Source: Rhina ancylostomus
Taxonomy: Eukaryota
Direction: 5' to 3'
DNA length: 64,000 bases
Assembly (NCBI GenBank): GCA_030265395.1
Contig: JARFYF010000046.1
Coordinates: 19,331,393-19,395,392 of the forward strand
Notes under the pieces: generated by a model
What the model saw: the letters and a program-made list of their open reading frames with translations, nothing else
What the model was told of the DNA's origin: nothing
Database searches by the model: none
Program-made: the position numbers and the translations under genes
Shown here: positions 62,670 to 64,000 of the stretch, in pieces
Numbering within the stretch: the first letter of the stretch is position 1
Layout of the letters: each line of letters opens with the position of its first letter

Positions 62670-63122
62670 CCTGAACCATAGAACAATACAGCACAATAAA
62701 GGCCCTTCAGCCCACCAAGTTGTGACGTCCATCAAACCACACCTCACACTATCTAACCCTTTCCTCCCACATATCCCTCTATCCCACATTCCTCCATATG
62801 CCNNNNNNNNNNNNNNNNNNNNNNNNNNNNNNNNNNNNNNNNNNNNNNNNNNNNNNNNNNNNNNNNNNNNNNNNNNNNNNNNNNNNNNNNNNNNNNNNNN
62901 NNNNNNNNNNNNNNNNNNNNNNNNNNNNNNNNNNNNNNNNNNNNNNNNNNNNNNNNNNNNNNNNCTAACTTTATAATTTGCATGCCTTTGGGATGTGGGA
63001 GGAAACTGGGGTATCTGGAGGAAACCCACTTGGCGATAGAGCATGCAAACTCCACACACCCAGCACTGAAGGTCAAGTTGCTGGAGCTGAGAGCCAGAAG
63101 CTGCACCAGCTGCAGCACTCTG
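62670..63122 (-). mobile_element. HE1-like V-SINE, near full length with internal gap
   Basis: V-domain reverse complement at 62990-63060, tRNA-like head at about 63070-63120, CR1-like tail (catagaacaatacagcac...ggcccttcagcccac). Confidence 0.7.
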
Positions 63123-63124
63123 AG

Positions 63125-64000
63125 ATAAAGAAGAAAGCTGATTAAAGGTAGTCCAGGACATATTGTTTAAATGAATGTTGGAAAAGAATTTAACAACATG
63201 ACTTGAGGACCATGGAAGTAGCAGTATGAGAGCAGAATTGACTCATTGGCAGGAACCAGAGGATATGAGTGAATGGAAGTTTTTTTTTGATCGGCAGATG
63301 CTATGGTGTTCACCAAGGGTCAGATTAGCCACCACAAATATTTTTAATTTTTATAAATGACCTAACTTTGGATGTAGGAACATACCATATAAAGTTTGCA
63401 GATTGTGCCAGTGGTTGAAAATGTAATTGTTGTGATGCAAGTAATTAAGACTTTGGAATGAGATTGACTGGATAGTGAAATGAGTGGAGAAATGAAGAAA
63501 GAAAGTATATTGGCACAATGTAAACACTGTAGGTGAGCACGGAGACTTCAGCTCCCATTTATACAAATCCTTAAAAGGTTGCAGGAAAGTTGATCAAAAA
63601 AGCATATGGGCCACTTGGGTTTATAAATAGAAGTAAAGAGATCATGTTGATCTTTGTAAGTTTCTGGTTTGGCTTCAGATGAATTATTATGTACTCTTCC
63701 GGATACCACACTTCATTTAAAAACCTCAAAGGAACAGGGAAACTTAACAATGATACAATAACACAATGAGCTTTGTATATGAGGAAAGTTGGAAAAGTTA
63801 GGACTTTTCTCTTTGAAACATAGAAGTTGAACTTCTAGAGATTTTAAAGATGAAGATGTTTTCCTACAATAGATCGAGAAAATCTGTCTATCTTGTGAGT
63901 GGGTCAGTAACCAGACATCATGCATGTGGGTGAAAAGTCTACCAGGAGAAATTTAAGGGTTGTAAGAATCTGAAAAACTGTTAAGTGGAAAGTGGTGATA
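63125..64000 (+). mobile_element. Decayed CR1 LINE RT and 3' region
   Basis: Remnants of GVHQGS and of the typical CR1 3' coding region (gggttt ataaatagaag, ggacttttctctttg). Confidence 0.6.

Overview
Vertebrate genomic DNA: AT-rich, intron-rich, with scaffold gaps. The repeat content (HE1-like V-SINEs, a Deu-domain SINE, CR1 LINEs) points to a cartilaginous fish (inference). The window holds, in order: (1) RSRC2 on + (9 coding exons, 1848-25217; start exon lies upstream), with a GC-AG intron, a greatly expanded RS heptad-repeat exon and a probable poison exon; (2) an uncharacterised 4-exon gene on - (35720 to 29436, about 419 aa), convergent with RSRC2 and head-to-head with ZCCHC8 across a ~450-bp CpG island; (3) ZCCHC8 on + (14 coding exons, 36168-53347, about 688 aa), with two U12-type introns (one AT-AC, one GT-AG); (4) a CpG-island promoter and non-coding first exon at about 60.7-61.2 kb, probably CLIP1 by synteny. 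All exon boundaries were read by hand and checked for splice-phase compatibility. No database searches were run. Several N-gaps are false gaps with overlapping flanks.
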